Positions 50,465 through 61,014 of a DNA stretch of 64,000 nucleotides are shown here, in pieces. The notes under the pieces were generated by a model, which did no database searches, was not told the origin of the DNA, and saw only the letters and a list, made by a program, of their open reading frames with translations. Position 1 is the stretch's first letter; the number at the start of each line of letters is the position of its first letter. Made by a program: the position numbers and the translations under genes. The DNA comes from an uncultured Arcobacteraceae bacterium (GTDB lineage: Bacteria; Campylobacterota; Campylobacteria; Campylobacterales; Arcobacteraceae): positions 320,001 to 384,000 of the forward strand of contig CAXHZO010000001.1 of assembly GCA_964022095.1 (NCBI GenBank), read 5' to 3'.

Positions 50465-51064
50465 TTATTTAGTATTTTTGTTTTTTTTATAATACCAAAC
50501 TGCAAGAATAACTAAGAAGAAAAGTATTCCTGCAATAATATATCTTAAGTACTCTTTTACTAAAGCCTCATTATCTCCAATATAATAACCCAATAGTGCA
50601 AGTATAATAACCCATATAGCAGCTCCTAATGTAGTATAAATTGAAAATACTAACAGATTCATTTTAGCAAGGCCAGCTGGAAATGATATATATTGTCTAA
50701 CAGCTGGAATTAATCTACCTGAGAAAGTTGATATATGTCCATGTTTTTTAAAGAACTCTTCCATTTTTATAATAGTTTCTTCTTTTATAAAAAAATATTT
50801 TCCATATTTAACTAAAAATTTTCGACCATACTTAATAGCCAAAAAGTAATTAAACAGTGCCCCAGCTAAAGATCCAGCAATACCAGCTAAAATAGCAATA
50901 TAGATATTCATTTCACCCTTATAAGCTAAATAACCAGCTGGAACCATCACTACTTCACTTGGGAAAGGAAAAAAAGAACTCTCTAAAAACATCATTATAA
51001 AAATTCCTGCATAACCTAATGCACCAACTGTATCAACTATAAAATTTACTATTTCGCCTAACAT
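50465..51064 (-). CDS. DedA family membrane protein
   Basis: [28 protein letters not shown]. Confidence 0.93.
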   Translation of the reverse strand: MLGEIVNFIVDTVGALGYAGIFIMMFLESSFFPFPSEVVMVPAGYLAYKGEMNIYIAILAGIAGSLAGALFNYFLAIKYGRKFLVKYGKYFFIKEETIIKMEEFFKKHGHISTFSGRLIPAVRQYISFPAGLAKMNLLVFSIYTTLGAAIWVIILALLGYYIGDNEALVKEYLRYIIAGILFFLVILAVWYYKKNKNTK

Positions 51065-51076
51065 CAATTACCTTAT

Positions 51077-51586
51077 TTATACTAATTTTTTCCATTTAAT
51101 TATTGAGTGTTCAATTAATTTACTTACTTTTTTATCATCAAGTAAAGTTTCTTCAAAGTAATCACTAACAACTTTTATTATATAAAAATCTTTTATTTTA
51201 TTATTAAAAAATTGTGTAAAAAACTGCGCTTGCTTATCTACTAATAAAGTTTCTAAATTTTCATCACTAACTAAATCTTTTTCAATTGTAGTTATATTAG
51301 CAAAATTAAATCCAAAAATAAGTTTATTTGTACAAAAAATTGTTCCAATTTTGACAGATGTATCACAGCAAGATGCAATACTGATATCTATAGCTTTGTT
51401 TATTTGATAGTTTTTAAATACAAAATCTAGTGATTTATTAATTTCTTTAGCAGTTACTCCAGATACAACAAGTAATATTTTATCATTAGAGTATAGATTA
51501 GTCCTATCCGTTTCTTCAAGATTGAAGAAACGGATAATAGGATTAGCTTCATTAAGAGTTGTTGTATGTATTAATGTTTTAAACAT
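51077..51586 (-). CDS. Hypothetical protein, possibly degenerate nucleoside phosphorylase-like fold
   Basis: EANPII, LVVSGV, LVDKQA, IKVVSD resemble PNP/MTAN motifs, with the DME motif altered. Confidence 0.6.
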   Translation of the reverse strand: MFKTLIHTTTLNEANPIIRFFNLEETDRTNLYSNDKILLVVSGVTAKEINKSLDFVFKNYQINKAIDISIASCCDTSVKIGTIFCTNKLIFGFNFANITTIEKDLVSDENLETLLVDKQAQFFTQFFNNKIKDFYIIKVVSDYFEETLLDDKKVSKLIEHSIIKWKKLV

Positions 51587-51618
51587 ATCAACAACCCAAG
51601 GTTAAACCTTATGCTTAA

Positions 51619-51975
51619 TTATTTTCTAAGCTCTTTAATTTTTGCAGCTTTACCTTTTAATCCTCTTAGGTAGTGAAGTTTAGCTCTTCTTACTTTACCT
51701 TTTCTGATTACTTCAAAAGACTTTAAAGATTCAGAATATAATGGGAAGATTCTCTCTACACCAACTGAGTTAGCAGCGATTTTTCTTACTGTAAATGAAG
51801 CAGAAGCACCTTCTCCACTTCTAGCAATAACTACACCTTCAAAAGTCTGTACTCTAGTTTTAGCACCTTCTTTAATTTCAACACCAAGTCTAACTGTATC
51901 TCCAGCTCTGAACTGAGGAACTTCTTTTTCTGCAATTTGCGCTGCTTCAAAGCTCGCAATATATCTATTTTTCAT
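51619..51975 (-). CDS. rplS: 50S ribosomal protein L19
   Basis: [35 protein letters not shown]; start MKNRY. Confidence 0.97.
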   Translation of the reverse strand: MKNRYIASFEAAQIAEKEVPQFRAGDTVRLGVEIKEGAKTRVQTFEGVVIARSGEGASASFTVRKIAANSVGVERIFPLYSESLKSFEVIRKGKVRRAKLHYLRGLKGKAAKIKELRK

Positions 51976-52030
51976 TGTATTTCCCTTTGGCGAAAGTGCC
52001 CGCATTTGCAAGTTGCGGGGTATCACACTT

Positions 52031-52720
52031 CTATTTTAATTTTTTGTTTCTAACTGAACCTGGTCTAAAATATTTTGTTTTGCAAATAGCCAGATCATTT
52101 TTTAAGTCGGATATTTTACTATGGTTTCCCTTTAAGAATTCTTTAACAACACTTAAATTTTGGAAATTTTCAGGCTTAGTAAAAGATGGTGCTTCTAAAA
52201 GGTTATTTTCATAGCTTTCCATTACTAGTGAGTCAGCATTTCCTAGAACTCCATCAACATTTCTAGAAATTGCATCTGCCATTACAGTTGATGCTAACTC
52301 TCCACCTGTTAAGATATACTCACCTATAGAAAATACCTCATTAGCATATTTTTCTATTACTCTTTCATCAATTCCTTCATACCTTCCACTAACAAAAACT
52401 ATGTTTTCTTTTTTTGCTAATCTTTTTGCATCATTTTGCCTAAAAGGTTTAGCAGCAGCCAATGGAAATATAATATATGATTCAGGATTGTTTTTTCTAA
52501 TATCATCTAAACAATCGAAAAGCGGTTGAGGAGTCATAAGCATTCCTGCACCACCACTAATTATTTGTTTATCCACTTTATTGTGTTTGTTAGTTGTATA
52601 GTCTCTAGGATTATAAAACTCATAACTAATGAAGTTTGATTCAATGGCTCTTTTTAAAATAGAGTCTTGAAAATATGGCTCGATAAGATTTGGGAAAAGA
52701 GTAACAAATGTAAAATTCAA
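52031..52720 (-). CDS. trmD: tRNA (guanine37-N1)-methyltransferase
   Basis: [27 protein letters not shown]. Confidence 0.95.
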   Translation of the reverse strand: MNFTFVTLFPNLIEPYFQDSILKRAIESNFISYEFYNPRDYTTNKHNKVDKQIISGGAGMLMTPQPLFDCLDDIRKNNPESYIIFPLAAAKPFRQNDAKRLAKKENIVFVSGRYEGIDERVIEKYANEVFSIGEYILTGGELASTVMADAISRNVDGVLGNADSLVMESYENNLLEAPSFTKPENFQNLSVVKEFLKGNHSKISDLKNDLAICKTKYFRPGSVRNKKLK

Positions 52721-52783
52721 TAATAAACCTATATATTAATTTTTCTAAATATTATCTAATTTTAAATTAAGTTTAGTTTTTCT

Positions 52784-52792
52784 TGATATAAT
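52784..52792 (+). promoter_or_regulatory. Extended -10 promoter for the leader-metE unit
   Basis: TGATATAAT about 30 nt upstream of GTG 52823. Confidence 0.7.
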
Positions 52793-52822
52793 TACACTCT
52801 TAAATTTTAAGAAAGGATTGTT

Positions 52823-53164
52823 GTGAAGTCACCTAAGGGTTTTGGAAAAAAATATTTTACATTTGCTAGTATCTTAGCTCATAATATTCAAAAAAAACTA
52901 GAATCACAAGTTACTATTGCGAAAAAGACTTTACAATATAGATCATCTAAAGATATAGATGAAGTAGAAAATGAAGATCCCCCCGAACTTTTACTTTGTA
53001 CAACATCAATTATAAACTTTAATAAACCTTGTCACTGTGACTGCTTATTTAAAAGAAAAACTAAACTAACAGTACTACTTTTCAAGTTTATTCCTAGATG
53101 TCCATATTATACTACTTGTTTCGCATTTAGACGTACAGGAGTTCATCCCCCACTACAACTTTAA
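52823..53164 (+). CDS. Cys-rich leader protein upstream of metE, candidate ribosome-arrest peptide
   Basis: AAGGA RBS, GTG start; six Cys in the C-terminal half including CHCDC; EDPP and terminal RRTGVHPPLQL. Confidence 0.7.
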   Translation: MKSPKGFGKKYFTFASILAHNIQKKLESQVTIAKKTLQYRSSKDIDEVENEDPPELLLCTTSIINFNKPCHCDCLFKRKTKLTVLLFKFIPRCPYYTTCFAFRRTGVHPPLQL

Positions 53165-53208
53165 TATTCAATCATTCAAAAAAAAGAAAAATATTAAAGG
53201 ATATATTA

Positions 53209-55485
53209 ATGTCAAAATCATACGTAGTAGGTTTTCCAAGAATTGGAGAACAAAGAGAACTTAAAAAAGTACTAGAGAGTTTTTGGGCAAAAGATTGCTC
53301 ATTTGAAGAAGTTAAAGAAGTAGCAAGTGTATTAAAAAAAAGACACTGGAGTTATCAAAAAGAAGCAGGAATTGAGTTTATAAGCTCAAATGATTTTTCA
53401 CTATATGATAATGTTTTAGATACTTGTATTATGTTAAATGCTATTCCTAAAAGATTTGAAAACCTAGAGAATGAAGAGCTTTATTTCTCAATGGCTAGAG
53501 GAAATAAATCTAGCGTTGCAATGGAAATGACAAAGTGGTTTAATACAAATTATCACTATATAGTTCCTGAACTTAGTTTAGAAGATGAGTATAAACTAAA
53601 TGCTACAAAAATCATAGAAGAGTATAAAGAGGCAAAAGAGTTAGGAATTAAAACAAAAATTAATTTAATTGGACCTATAACATTTTTAGGTTTATCAAAA
53701 AGAGTTGATAGAGGTGATACATTTGAATTATTAGGAAAGATTCTTCCAATATATGAAGAGTTATTAAAAGAGATATCTAAACTAGATAATAAAGTAATTG
53801 TTCAATTTGATGAACCAATTTTTGTAAAAAACAATGAAGCAAAAGTTTTAAGTTTAATAAAACCTACATATGACAAGTTAAGTAATATAAGTGATAATTT
53901 AAAATTAGTAGTAACTACTTATTTTGAACACTCAAATGAAGCAACAAGAATATTGACACAAACTTCAATTTGGGCATTAGGACTTGATTTTGTATATGGA
54001 AAAGAAAACTTTGAGAGCTTAGAAATCATTAATGCAAGTGATAAAAAACTTATCGCAGGGGTTGTTGATGGAAGAAATATTTGGAAAAATGATATAAAAT
54101 CAACTTTAAAGCTTTTGATAAAAATTTCAACTAATGTTAATAAAGAAAAACTAATTATTTCTTCATCTTGTTCACTTTTACATACACCTTTTACCTTAAA
54201 ATATGAAGAGAAACTTCAAGCTGAGATAAAAAGTTGGTTAAGTTATGCTTGCGAAAAACTTCAAGAAATTAATATCATTTCAAAAGTTTTCTTTCACAGT
54301 ATAAATGAATTGAATAACTCAGAATTAGATATATTTGAGAAAAATATTAAAGCAAACGAAGAAAGAAAACTTTCAAAAATAATACACGATGAAAAAGTAC
54401 AAGATAGAGTAGATAATTTTGATAAATTTAATAGAGATGGAAAATATGAAGATAGAATTAAACTTCAAAAAAAGCTTTTAAAATATGAAGATTTAGCAAC
54501 TACAACTATTGGTTCTTTCCCTCAAACACCAGATATTAGAAAATCAAGAAGAGATTTTAAAAAAGGTGAAATTTCACAAGAGCTATATGAAAAAGATATG
54601 AAAAAATATATTGATGATTGTATCTCTTTTCAAGAAGATTGTGATATTGAAATTTTAGTTCATGGAGAGCCTGAAAGAAATGATATGGTTGAGTATTTTG
54701 GTGAACAATTAAAAGGGTATGGATTCTCTCAAAATGGATGGGTTCAATCTTATGGAAGTAGATGTGTTAAACCACCATTTATTTATGGAGATATAAGTAG
54801 ACCAAAACCTATGACAGTTGATTGGATTACTTATGCACAAAGTAAAACACAAAGAATTATGAAAGGTATGCTAACAGGACCTGTTACTATTTTAAATTGG
54901 TCTTTCGTGAGAGATGATATTCCTAGAAGTGAAGTATCAAAGCAAATTGCAATTGCACTAAGTGATGAAGTTGATGATTTACAAAAAGCTGGAATTAAAA
55001 TTATTCAAGTTGATGAAGCTGCTTTTAAAGAGGGTTATCCTTTAAGAACTGAAAAAATAAAAGAGTATGAAAATTGGGCAGTAAGAGATTTTAAAATAGC
55101 AGTTAGTAGTGCAAAAGAGCAAACACAAATTCATACACATATGTGTTACAGCGAGTTTAATGACATTATTAAAACAATTGAAGCAATGGATGCTGATGTT
55201 ATTTCAATAGAAACAGCAAGAAGTGGAAATGAGCTTTTAAAAATTTTTAAAGAAGTAGGATATAAGCAAGAAGTAGGACCAGGAGTTTATGATATTCATA
55301 GTCCAAGAGTTCCAAGTGTAGAAGAAATGAAAAAACAAATAAACCTATTACTTGAAGTTTTACCTAAAGATCAATTATGGATAAATCCTGATTGTGGATT
55401 AAAAACAAGAAAATGGGAAGAGACAAAACAGAGTTTAAAAAACATGGTAGAAGCTGTAAAACAAATAAGAAAGGAAAATAGATAG
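53209..55485 (+). CDS. metE: Cobalamin-independent methionine synthase
   Basis: GFPRIG, MTKWFNTNYHY, TTIGSFPQT, HTHMCY, NPDCGLKTR. Confidence 0.98.
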   Translation: MSKSYVVGFPRIGEQRELKKVLESFWAKDCSFEEVKEVASVLKKRHWSYQKEAGIEFISSNDFSLYDNVLDTCIMLNAIPKRFENLENEELYFSMARGNKSSVAMEMTKWFNTNYHYIVPELSLEDEYKLNATKIIEEYKEAKELGIKTKINLIGPITFLGLSKRVDRGDTFELLGKILPIYEELLKEISKLDNKVIVQFDEPIFVKNNEAKVLSLIKPTYDKLSNISDNLKLVVTTYFEHSNEATRILTQTSIWALGLDFVYGKENFESLEIINASDKKLIAGVVDGRNIWKNDIKSTLKLLIKISTNVNKEKLIISSSCSLLHTPFTLKYEEKLQAEIKSWLSYACEKLQEINIISKVFFHSINELNNSELDIFEKNIKANEERKLSKIIHDEKVQDRVDNFDKFNRDGKYEDRIKLQKKLLKYEDLATTTIGSFPQTPDIRKSRRDFKKGEISQELYEKDMKKYIDDCISFQEDCDIEILVHGEPERNDMVEYFGEQLKGYGFSQNGWVQSYGSRCVKPPFIYGDISRPKPMTVDWITYAQSKTQRIMKGMLTGPVTILNWSFVRDDIPRSEVSKQIAIALSDEVDDLQKAGIKIIQVDEAAFKEGYPLRTEKIKEYENWAVRDFKIAVSSAKEQTQIHTHMCYSEFNDIIKTIEAMDADVISIETARSGNELLKIFKEVGYKQEVGPGVYDIHSPRVPSVEEMKKQINLLLEVLPKDQLWINPDCGLKTRKWEETKQSLKNMVEAVKQIRKENR

Positions 55486-55500
55486 GGAATATTCCCTATC
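55481..55500 (+). terminator. Hairpin at the end of metE
   Basis: Palindrome GATAGGGAATATTCCCTATC; no clear U-tract. Confidence 0.45.
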
Positions 55501-55576
55501 TAAAAATAGTGTGTATTTATTAGTGTACAAACTATTTTTAGATAACATTCAAGGAATTTAAATGAAAAGAAATAAA

Positions 55577-56782
55577 ATGATTACATTAGACGATATAAAA
55601 AAAGCCAGAAAAAACTTAGAGAACATTGCTCTAAATACTCCAATGGCTAAAGCTCCTTATTTAAGTGAAACATTCCATAGTAATATTTATCTAAAAAAAG
55701 ATAATTTACAACTAACGGGAAGTTTCAAACTAAGAGGTGCATTTAATAGAATTGCAAATTTAGCAGAAGATAAAAAAGCAAATGGTGTAGTAGCAGCAAG
55801 TGCAGGAAACCATGCACAAGGTTTAGCCTTTGCAGCAAAGCATTTTAATATTGAAGCGACTATCTTTATGCCAGAAGCGACTCCTCTTACAAAAGTTAGT
55901 GGGGTAAGACAATATGGAGCAAATGTTGTCTTAACAGGTGAAAACTTTGATGAAGCAAAAGATGCTGCTGTAAAATTTCAAGAAGAAAATGATTGTGAAT
56001 TTATTCATCCGTTTGCTGATGATGATGTAATTGCAGGACAAGGAACAATTGCACTTGAGATTTTAGAAAAAAATCCTGATATTAAACAAATTATTGTACC
56101 AATTGGTGGTGGTGGACTAATATCTGGTATCGCAATTGCTGCAAAAGCGATAAACCCAGATATTAAAATCATTGGTGTAGTAGCAAGTGGTGCAAGAGGA
56201 ATGAAAGAGTCTTACAAATCACAAATGCCTATTGATTCAACATCAGTTAAAACTATTGCAGATGGTATAGCTGTTCGTGATGTAACACCAAAACTTCTTA
56301 ATATTATTATAGATTATGTTGATGATATTGTTGAAGTAAGTGATAATGAAATTGCAAATGCAATTTTATTTTTACTTGAAAGACACAAACTTGTGGTTGA
56401 AGGAGCAGGAGCTGTTGCAGTTGCTGCAATTATGCATGAAAAAATAGAAATAGAAGACTCAAATGTTTGTGCAATTGTAAGCGGTGGAAATATTGATGTG
56501 ACTGTGATTTCTCAAATTATAGAAAAAGGTTTAGTAAAATCATATAGAAAAATGAACTTAATAATTAAACTTATTGATAAACCAGGTTCTCTTACAAGAT
56601 TAACAGAAATATTTAAAGAGTGTTCAGCAAATATTGTGCAAATTGATTACGATAGAGACTCTATTAAATTAGAGTTTGGAGAAGCACAAATTACAATTGC
56701 TTTAGAAACAAAAGGTGAAGCACATCAGAAAAAAATTCGAGAATCTTTGAAACAAAATGGTTACAAATACAAACAAATTTAA
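55577..56782 (+). CDS. ilvA: Threonine ammonia-lyase with C-terminal ACT domain
   Basis: TGSFKLRGA, SAGNHAQG, PIGGGGL, SGGNID, DKPGSL. Confidence 0.92.
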   Translation: MITLDDIKKARKNLENIALNTPMAKAPYLSETFHSNIYLKKDNLQLTGSFKLRGAFNRIANLAEDKKANGVVAASAGNHAQGLAFAAKHFNIEATIFMPEATPLTKVSGVRQYGANVVLTGENFDEAKDAAVKFQEENDCEFIHPFADDDVIAGQGTIALEILEKNPDIKQIIVPIGGGGLISGIAIAAKAINPDIKIIGVVASGARGMKESYKSQMPIDSTSVKTIADGIAVRDVTPKLLNIIIDYVDDIVEVSDNEIANAILFLLERHKLVVEGAGAVAVAAIMHEKIEIEDSNVCAIVSGGNIDVTVISQIIEKGLVKSYRKMNLIIKLIDKPGSLTRLTEIFKECSANIVQIDYDRDSIKLEFGEAQITIALETKGEAHQKKIRESLKQNGYKYKQI

Positions 56783-56870
56783 TGTAATTTTTTTGCTTTA
56801 GAAAATTTTTAGAATTAAAACAATATAATAGGCACGTAATTTAGTATTGTGAAACATAAAAAGGAAGAAA

Positions 56871-57557
56871 ATGGAAGGAAGACTGTTTACGTTCTTAGGC
56901 ACTATCGGTGGACACGGTCAAGAATGGATGATTCTATCTCACTACATTTTAGTAATTGGTATTATTTTCTTAGTTGCAAGAGCAGCTACTAAAAAAATGC
57001 AATTAGTTCCAACTGGAACTCAAAATGTAATGGAAGCCTTTGTAGGTGGAATTGTTTCTATAGGAGCAGATACAATGGGTGAAAAGAATGCTAGAATTTA
57101 TATGCCATTAATTGCATCTTTAGCATTAGTAGTTTTTGTTAGTAACTGGATGGGACTTATTCCTGGTTTCGAGTCACCAACTGCAAACATTAACTTCACT
57201 TTATCACTTGCATTAATCGTATTTGTATACTATAACTACCTTGGAATTAAGAAAAATGGTTTTGTAAACTATTTTAAACATTTCATGGGACCTATGCCAG
57301 TATTAGCACCTTTAATGTTCCCAATCGAAATAATTTCTCATTTATCTAGAATTGTTTCACTATCATTCAGACTTTTTGGATCAATTAGAGGAGATGATAT
57401 GTTCCTAATGGTATTACTTATGTTAGTACCTTGGATTGTACCTATCTCTGGATTCTTTATGTTAGCTGCGTTTGGTTTTTTACAAGCGTTTATTTTTGCT
57501 ATATTAACTTATGTTTATATTGCAGGTTCTATTATGATGGAACATGAAGATCACTAA
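56871..57557 (+). CDS. atpB: F0F1 ATP synthase subunit a (stand-alone gene)
   Basis: PTANIN, PIEIISHLSR.VSLSFRLFG, LQAFIF. Confidence 0.95.
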   Translation: MEGRLFTFLGTIGGHGQEWMILSHYILVIGIIFLVARAATKKMQLVPTGTQNVMEAFVGGIVSIGADTMGEKNARIYMPLIASLALVVFVSNWMGLIPGFESPTANINFTLSLALIVFVYYNYLGIKKNGFVNYFKHFMGPMPVLAPLMFPIEIISHLSRIVSLSFRLFGSIRGDDMFLMVLLMLVPWIVPISGFFMLAAFGFLQAFIFAILTYVYIAGSIMMEHEDH

Positions 57558-57582
57558 TTAGTTACAAAAAACTGATATACTT

Positions 57583-57617
57583 AGGGAAGGTAAGTTTTAC
57601 TTATCTTCCCTTTTTTT
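57583..57617 (+). terminator. Intrinsic terminator of atpB
   Basis: AGGGAAGGTAAG..CTTATCTTCCCT followed by a T run. Confidence 0.85.
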
Positions 57618-57642
57618 ATACTATATATTAAAGGAAAATCCA

Positions 57643-58209
57643 ATGAATATGGATTTTAAATACTATTTAATTACTGACCCAAAATATTATTCAAATAACC
57701 CAAAAATATTTAAAAGAACTTTAGAAGAAAATTTAAAAAAACATAAAATAAATATTGCTTGTTTTAGAGATAAAAAATCTGATAACTTTAAAGAATTAGC
57801 GCAAATATTTATTGAAACTTGTAGAGAGTTTAATATTGAAAAAGTTTTAATAAATGGAGATTATCAATTAGCAAAAAAGCTTAATGCTTCAGGAGTTCAT
57901 TTAACTTCAACACAGTTTAATGACATACAAAAAGCAAAAGACTTAGATCTTTATACAATAATATCTTGTCATAGTTTTAATGATATCCAAAAGGCTATAG
58001 ACAAACATGTAAATACTATTACATACTCACCTATTTTTAGTTCACCAAATAAAGGAGAACCAAAAGGTATTGATAAATTAAAAGAGGCTAAAAGAATCTT
58101 TGAAGATATAGATATCATTGCTTTAGGTGGAATAATAAATACCCAACAAATCCAAGAAATACAAAAAGCAAAAGCTTATGGCTTTGCTTCAATTAGATAT
58201 TTTATTTAA
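57643..58209 (+). CDS. Thiamine phosphate synthase-like (ThiE/TenI family) protein
   Basis: YLITD, FRDK, GVHL, SCH, SPIF, IALGGI. Confidence 0.8.
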   Translation: MNMDFKYYLITDPKYYSNNPKIFKRTLEENLKKHKINIACFRDKKSDNFKELAQIFIETCREFNIEKVLINGDYQLAKKLNASGVHLTSTQFNDIQKAKDLDLYTIISCHSFNDIQKAIDKHVNTITYSPIFSSPNKGEPKGIDKLKEAKRIFEDIDIIALGGIINTQQIQEIQKAKAYGFASIRYFI

Positions 58210-60937
58210 CCTCATCAATACTAATAAATTCATCACGCATATAAACTAAATAAGAATAAACATTTGATGTATCAAAGATTTCACTAATAGCTTTTTTATA
58301 GTGATTTACTTGTACTTTATGCTCATTGTGTTTGTCTTTTGTAGTCTTGTAATCAAGAATATAATAACTATCATTTTTATATAAAAGAAGATCAATAATT
58401 TTTATCTCTTCTTTATAAATAATTGACTGCTCACTAATAAACTGCGCATCGCTTATTAAGTTATTGAACTCTTCATTTTCAAGTAAGTTATGTATTTGAT
58501 ATTTAATTTTATCAAAATCACTTACATCTAAATAGTTTGAATATCTACTCTTTGCTAAATTAATACAGTAGTTTAAACTATCAATACTAAACTCATCCAT
58601 CATCTCTAAACAATAATGAGTTGCTAATCCAAAATACTTTGAGTGTAAATGGTTTTCATAATACTCTTTTTGTATTTCAATTTGTTTATCTTGTGTTCCT
58701 AAATCAAGTGGTTTATATACAATTTTCTCTGTTTTTTCATGATTTTTTGACATATTATCACTTGCAATTATATTTCCAACTTTGATTACTTTCATACTTA
58801 AGTGATCAAAAACGGAGTTCTTTTGTTTTTTAAAAATTATCATATTGTTTTTGGCTCTTGTTAGTGCAACATACAAAATATTTAACTCATCATCAATTAC
58901 TAAAGCTTTCTCTTTTTTTAAAGCCTTTGCATAATCAATATTATAGTTCTCATACTTCTTTATCTTATAAAAAATATTGTTTAACTCAACACTATCATAA
59001 TCAAATAGTAATGTTGATCTATCTGGAGTTTTTTTCTTTATTCTATCTAGAAGTAAAACAGTATGAAACTCTAATCCTTTTGATTTAAAGATTGTTAATA
59101 TTTGAAGACCCGTTGACTCACTATTTTCAATACTACTATCAAGTCTATCAATCTCATAGACAAAATCTACAATATTATTATAAACCTTGCACTCATCTAT
59201 AAATTTAATTACATTTTCATCTATAATTTTTAGGTTTAATGCAAGCTCTTTTATTATTTCTTGCATTGATTTTTTATTAAATGAAATTTCAAAATTAAAC
59301 TCATGAAGTAATTTTTCTCCAATAAGTGCATTTAAATTCTCTTTATAAATCTCTTCTTTAAAATATAAATACTTAACTGCATTTATAACTGCTTTTACAT
59401 TTTGTTGATTAATTAATTTAGATGTCATTTCTGTAGATATTTTAAGACTTGGAAACTTCTTTTTTAAATAGTAATAAAGACTTAGTACATCATCATTTGT
59501 ATATGTTAAAACTGCAATATCATTTGAATTAACACCCTCTTTCATTAAAGATGCAATCTTAGAAGCTATGTTTTCATATTTATCATCTTCATCTAAAGCC
59601 TGATCTTCAAGAACTTCAACATAACCACCTTTTGTAATACTTTCTTGTTCATAGTATTCATAGCTTGGCAGGTTTATAAATTGAGTGTTTACATAGTTTA
59701 TTATACTTTCACAAGATCTGTAGTTAGTATTTAATACCTCAACTTCAAGTAATTTATTAGTATTTGCTACATAATCAAATAGTTCTCTTTTCCCACCTCT
59801 AAATCTATAAATAGATTGTTTTGTATCCCCTACATAAAAAAATGTTTTAAACTTACTTTCGTCACCTGATAGAATCTCTTTTATAAGTGGTTCTAAAATC
59901 TTGTATTGTAAAAGTGAAGTATCTTGAAACTCATCAATTAGCATATGTGAAAATGAACTATCAAGTCTAAAGTATAAAAATTCTTTGTCAATTTTACTTG
60001 ATAATAAATCATAAACCAAATTTGAAATATCATTAAATTCTAAATAGTTTTTAGCTTTATTAAACCCTAATTTAAAATCTTTGAACATCTTATATAGCTC
60101 AAATAGTTTACTTAAACTATAACCTGCTCTTAATTTATAATAAACACCCATTTGTTCTTTTAATTTAAAAAAGTATTCATCTAAAGTTTCATTTGCACAT
60201 TTTTTAAAATTATTGTGTTCACTTAATGAATCTTTTTCTAACCATGCTTTAGCAAATAATTCATCAAAACTTTCAAAATCAACTGCTTTTTTAACAGCAT
60301 TTGAAGCAACAGGACAGTTTAAAATAAACTCTTTTATTTTATATGCTTGTTTTAAAACTTCATCTTTTTGTAAATCTATTAAAGTTGCATCGATATTTAT
60401 AGTTTTAATATCTTCATTTTTTTCAAGCAAATTTTTAAATAGTCCAAATACAGAATTAAACTTCTTTTTTTCATAAAGTGAAAAATCAATCAAGGTTTCA
60501 AACTGTTTTGAATCAAGTGATTGCAAAAACCTCATACTAAGATTTTCTATATCATCATATTTGATTTCAAAATCATCACTTATTCCAACATATCCACAGA
60601 ACTCTCTTAGAATTTTATTAATAAATTTATCAATTGTAAAAATAGACAAAGTAGCATTTGAAAATGAGTTTATTAAAGAACTTTTTTTACCTAATATTTC
60701 TTGTTTTGTTAGTCCTGATTGATTTATTATTTGAGTTAAATAAGCTTCATCATCACCTAAAGTTAAAAGTGTTTTAAAAATTCTTTCACTCATTTCATTT
60801 GCAGCTTTATTAGTAAATGTTAAAGTTAAGATTTCATTTGGTTTTGCACCAAGAAGTAATAAAGAGATATATCTTACAGTTAATGCAAATGTCTTACCAC
60901 TACCTGCACTTGCTTTTAGGGCTAAATATTTTTTCAT
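58202..60937 (-). CDS. RecB/AddA-like helicase-nuclease
   Basis: ASAGSGKT, TFTNKAA, IDEFQDT, VGDTKQSIYRFRG, KSKGLEF, YVALTRA, C-terminal IDLL..DYKT. Confidence 0.93.
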   Translation of the reverse strand: MKKYLALKASAGSGKTFALTVRYISLLLLGAKPNEILTLTFTNKAANEMSERIFKTLLTLGDDEAYLTQIINQSGLTKQEILGKKSSLINSFSNATLSIFTIDKFINKILREFCGYVGISDDFEIKYDDIENLSMRFLQSLDSKQFETLIDFSLYEKKKFNSVFGLFKNLLEKNEDIKTINIDATLIDLQKDEVLKQAYKIKEFILNCPVASNAVKKAVDFESFDELFAKAWLEKDSLSEHNNFKKCANETLDEYFFKLKEQMGVYYKLRAGYSLSKLFELYKMFKDFKLGFNKAKNYLEFNDISNLVYDLLSSKIDKEFLYFRLDSSFSHMLIDEFQDTSLLQYKILEPLIKEILSGDESKFKTFFYVGDTKQSIYRFRGGKRELFDYVANTNKLLEVEVLNTNYRSCESIINYVNTQFINLPSYEYYEQESITKGGYVEVLEDQALDEDDKYENIASKIASLMKEGVNSNDIAVLTYTNDDVLSLYYYLKKKFPSLKISTEMTSKLINQQNVKAVINAVKYLYFKEEIYKENLNALIGEKLLHEFNFEISFNKKSMQEIIKELALNLKIIDENVIKFIDECKVYNNIVDFVYEIDRLDSSIENSESTGLQILTIFKSKGLEFHTVLLLDRIKKKTPDRSTLLFDYDSVELNNIFYKIKKYENYNIDYAKALKKEKALVIDDELNILYVALTRAKNNMIIFKKQKNSVFDHLSMKVIKVGNIIASDNMSKNHEKTEKIVYKPLDLGTQDKQIEIQKEYYENHLHSKYFGLATHYCLEMMDEFSIDSLNYCINLAKSRYSNYLDVSDFDKIKYQIHNLLENEEFNNLISDAQFISEQSIIYKEEIKIIDLLLYKNDSYYILDYKTTKDKHNEHKVQVNHYKKAISEIFDTSNVYSYLVYMRDEFISIDEVK

Positions 60938-61014
60938 CTTGACATCATACTAAATTTTTTATTAATAAGATAATTTTAGATATAATCACGACTAAATTTT
61001 TGATAGGATGATTA

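Noticed and set aside
4950-52026. Longest-ORF starts for Rrf2 (5015), napA (11634), napL (17144), nrfI (21809), the Liv binding protein (48451) and rplS (52026)
   Set aside because: Downstream ATGs have better RBS and family-typical N-termini; the 21809 start lies inside hairpin element 1
52721-53208. SAM or cobalamin riboswitch upstream of metE
   Set aside because: No recognisable conserved riboswitch core; the region is occupied by an ORF with RBS. A cmscan would settle it
55500-55541. Second hairpin after metE (CTAAAAATAGT..ACTATTTTTAG) as a member of the anti-SD family
   Set aside because: Short loop without a CUCC motif; likely part of termination or a promoter-proximal site
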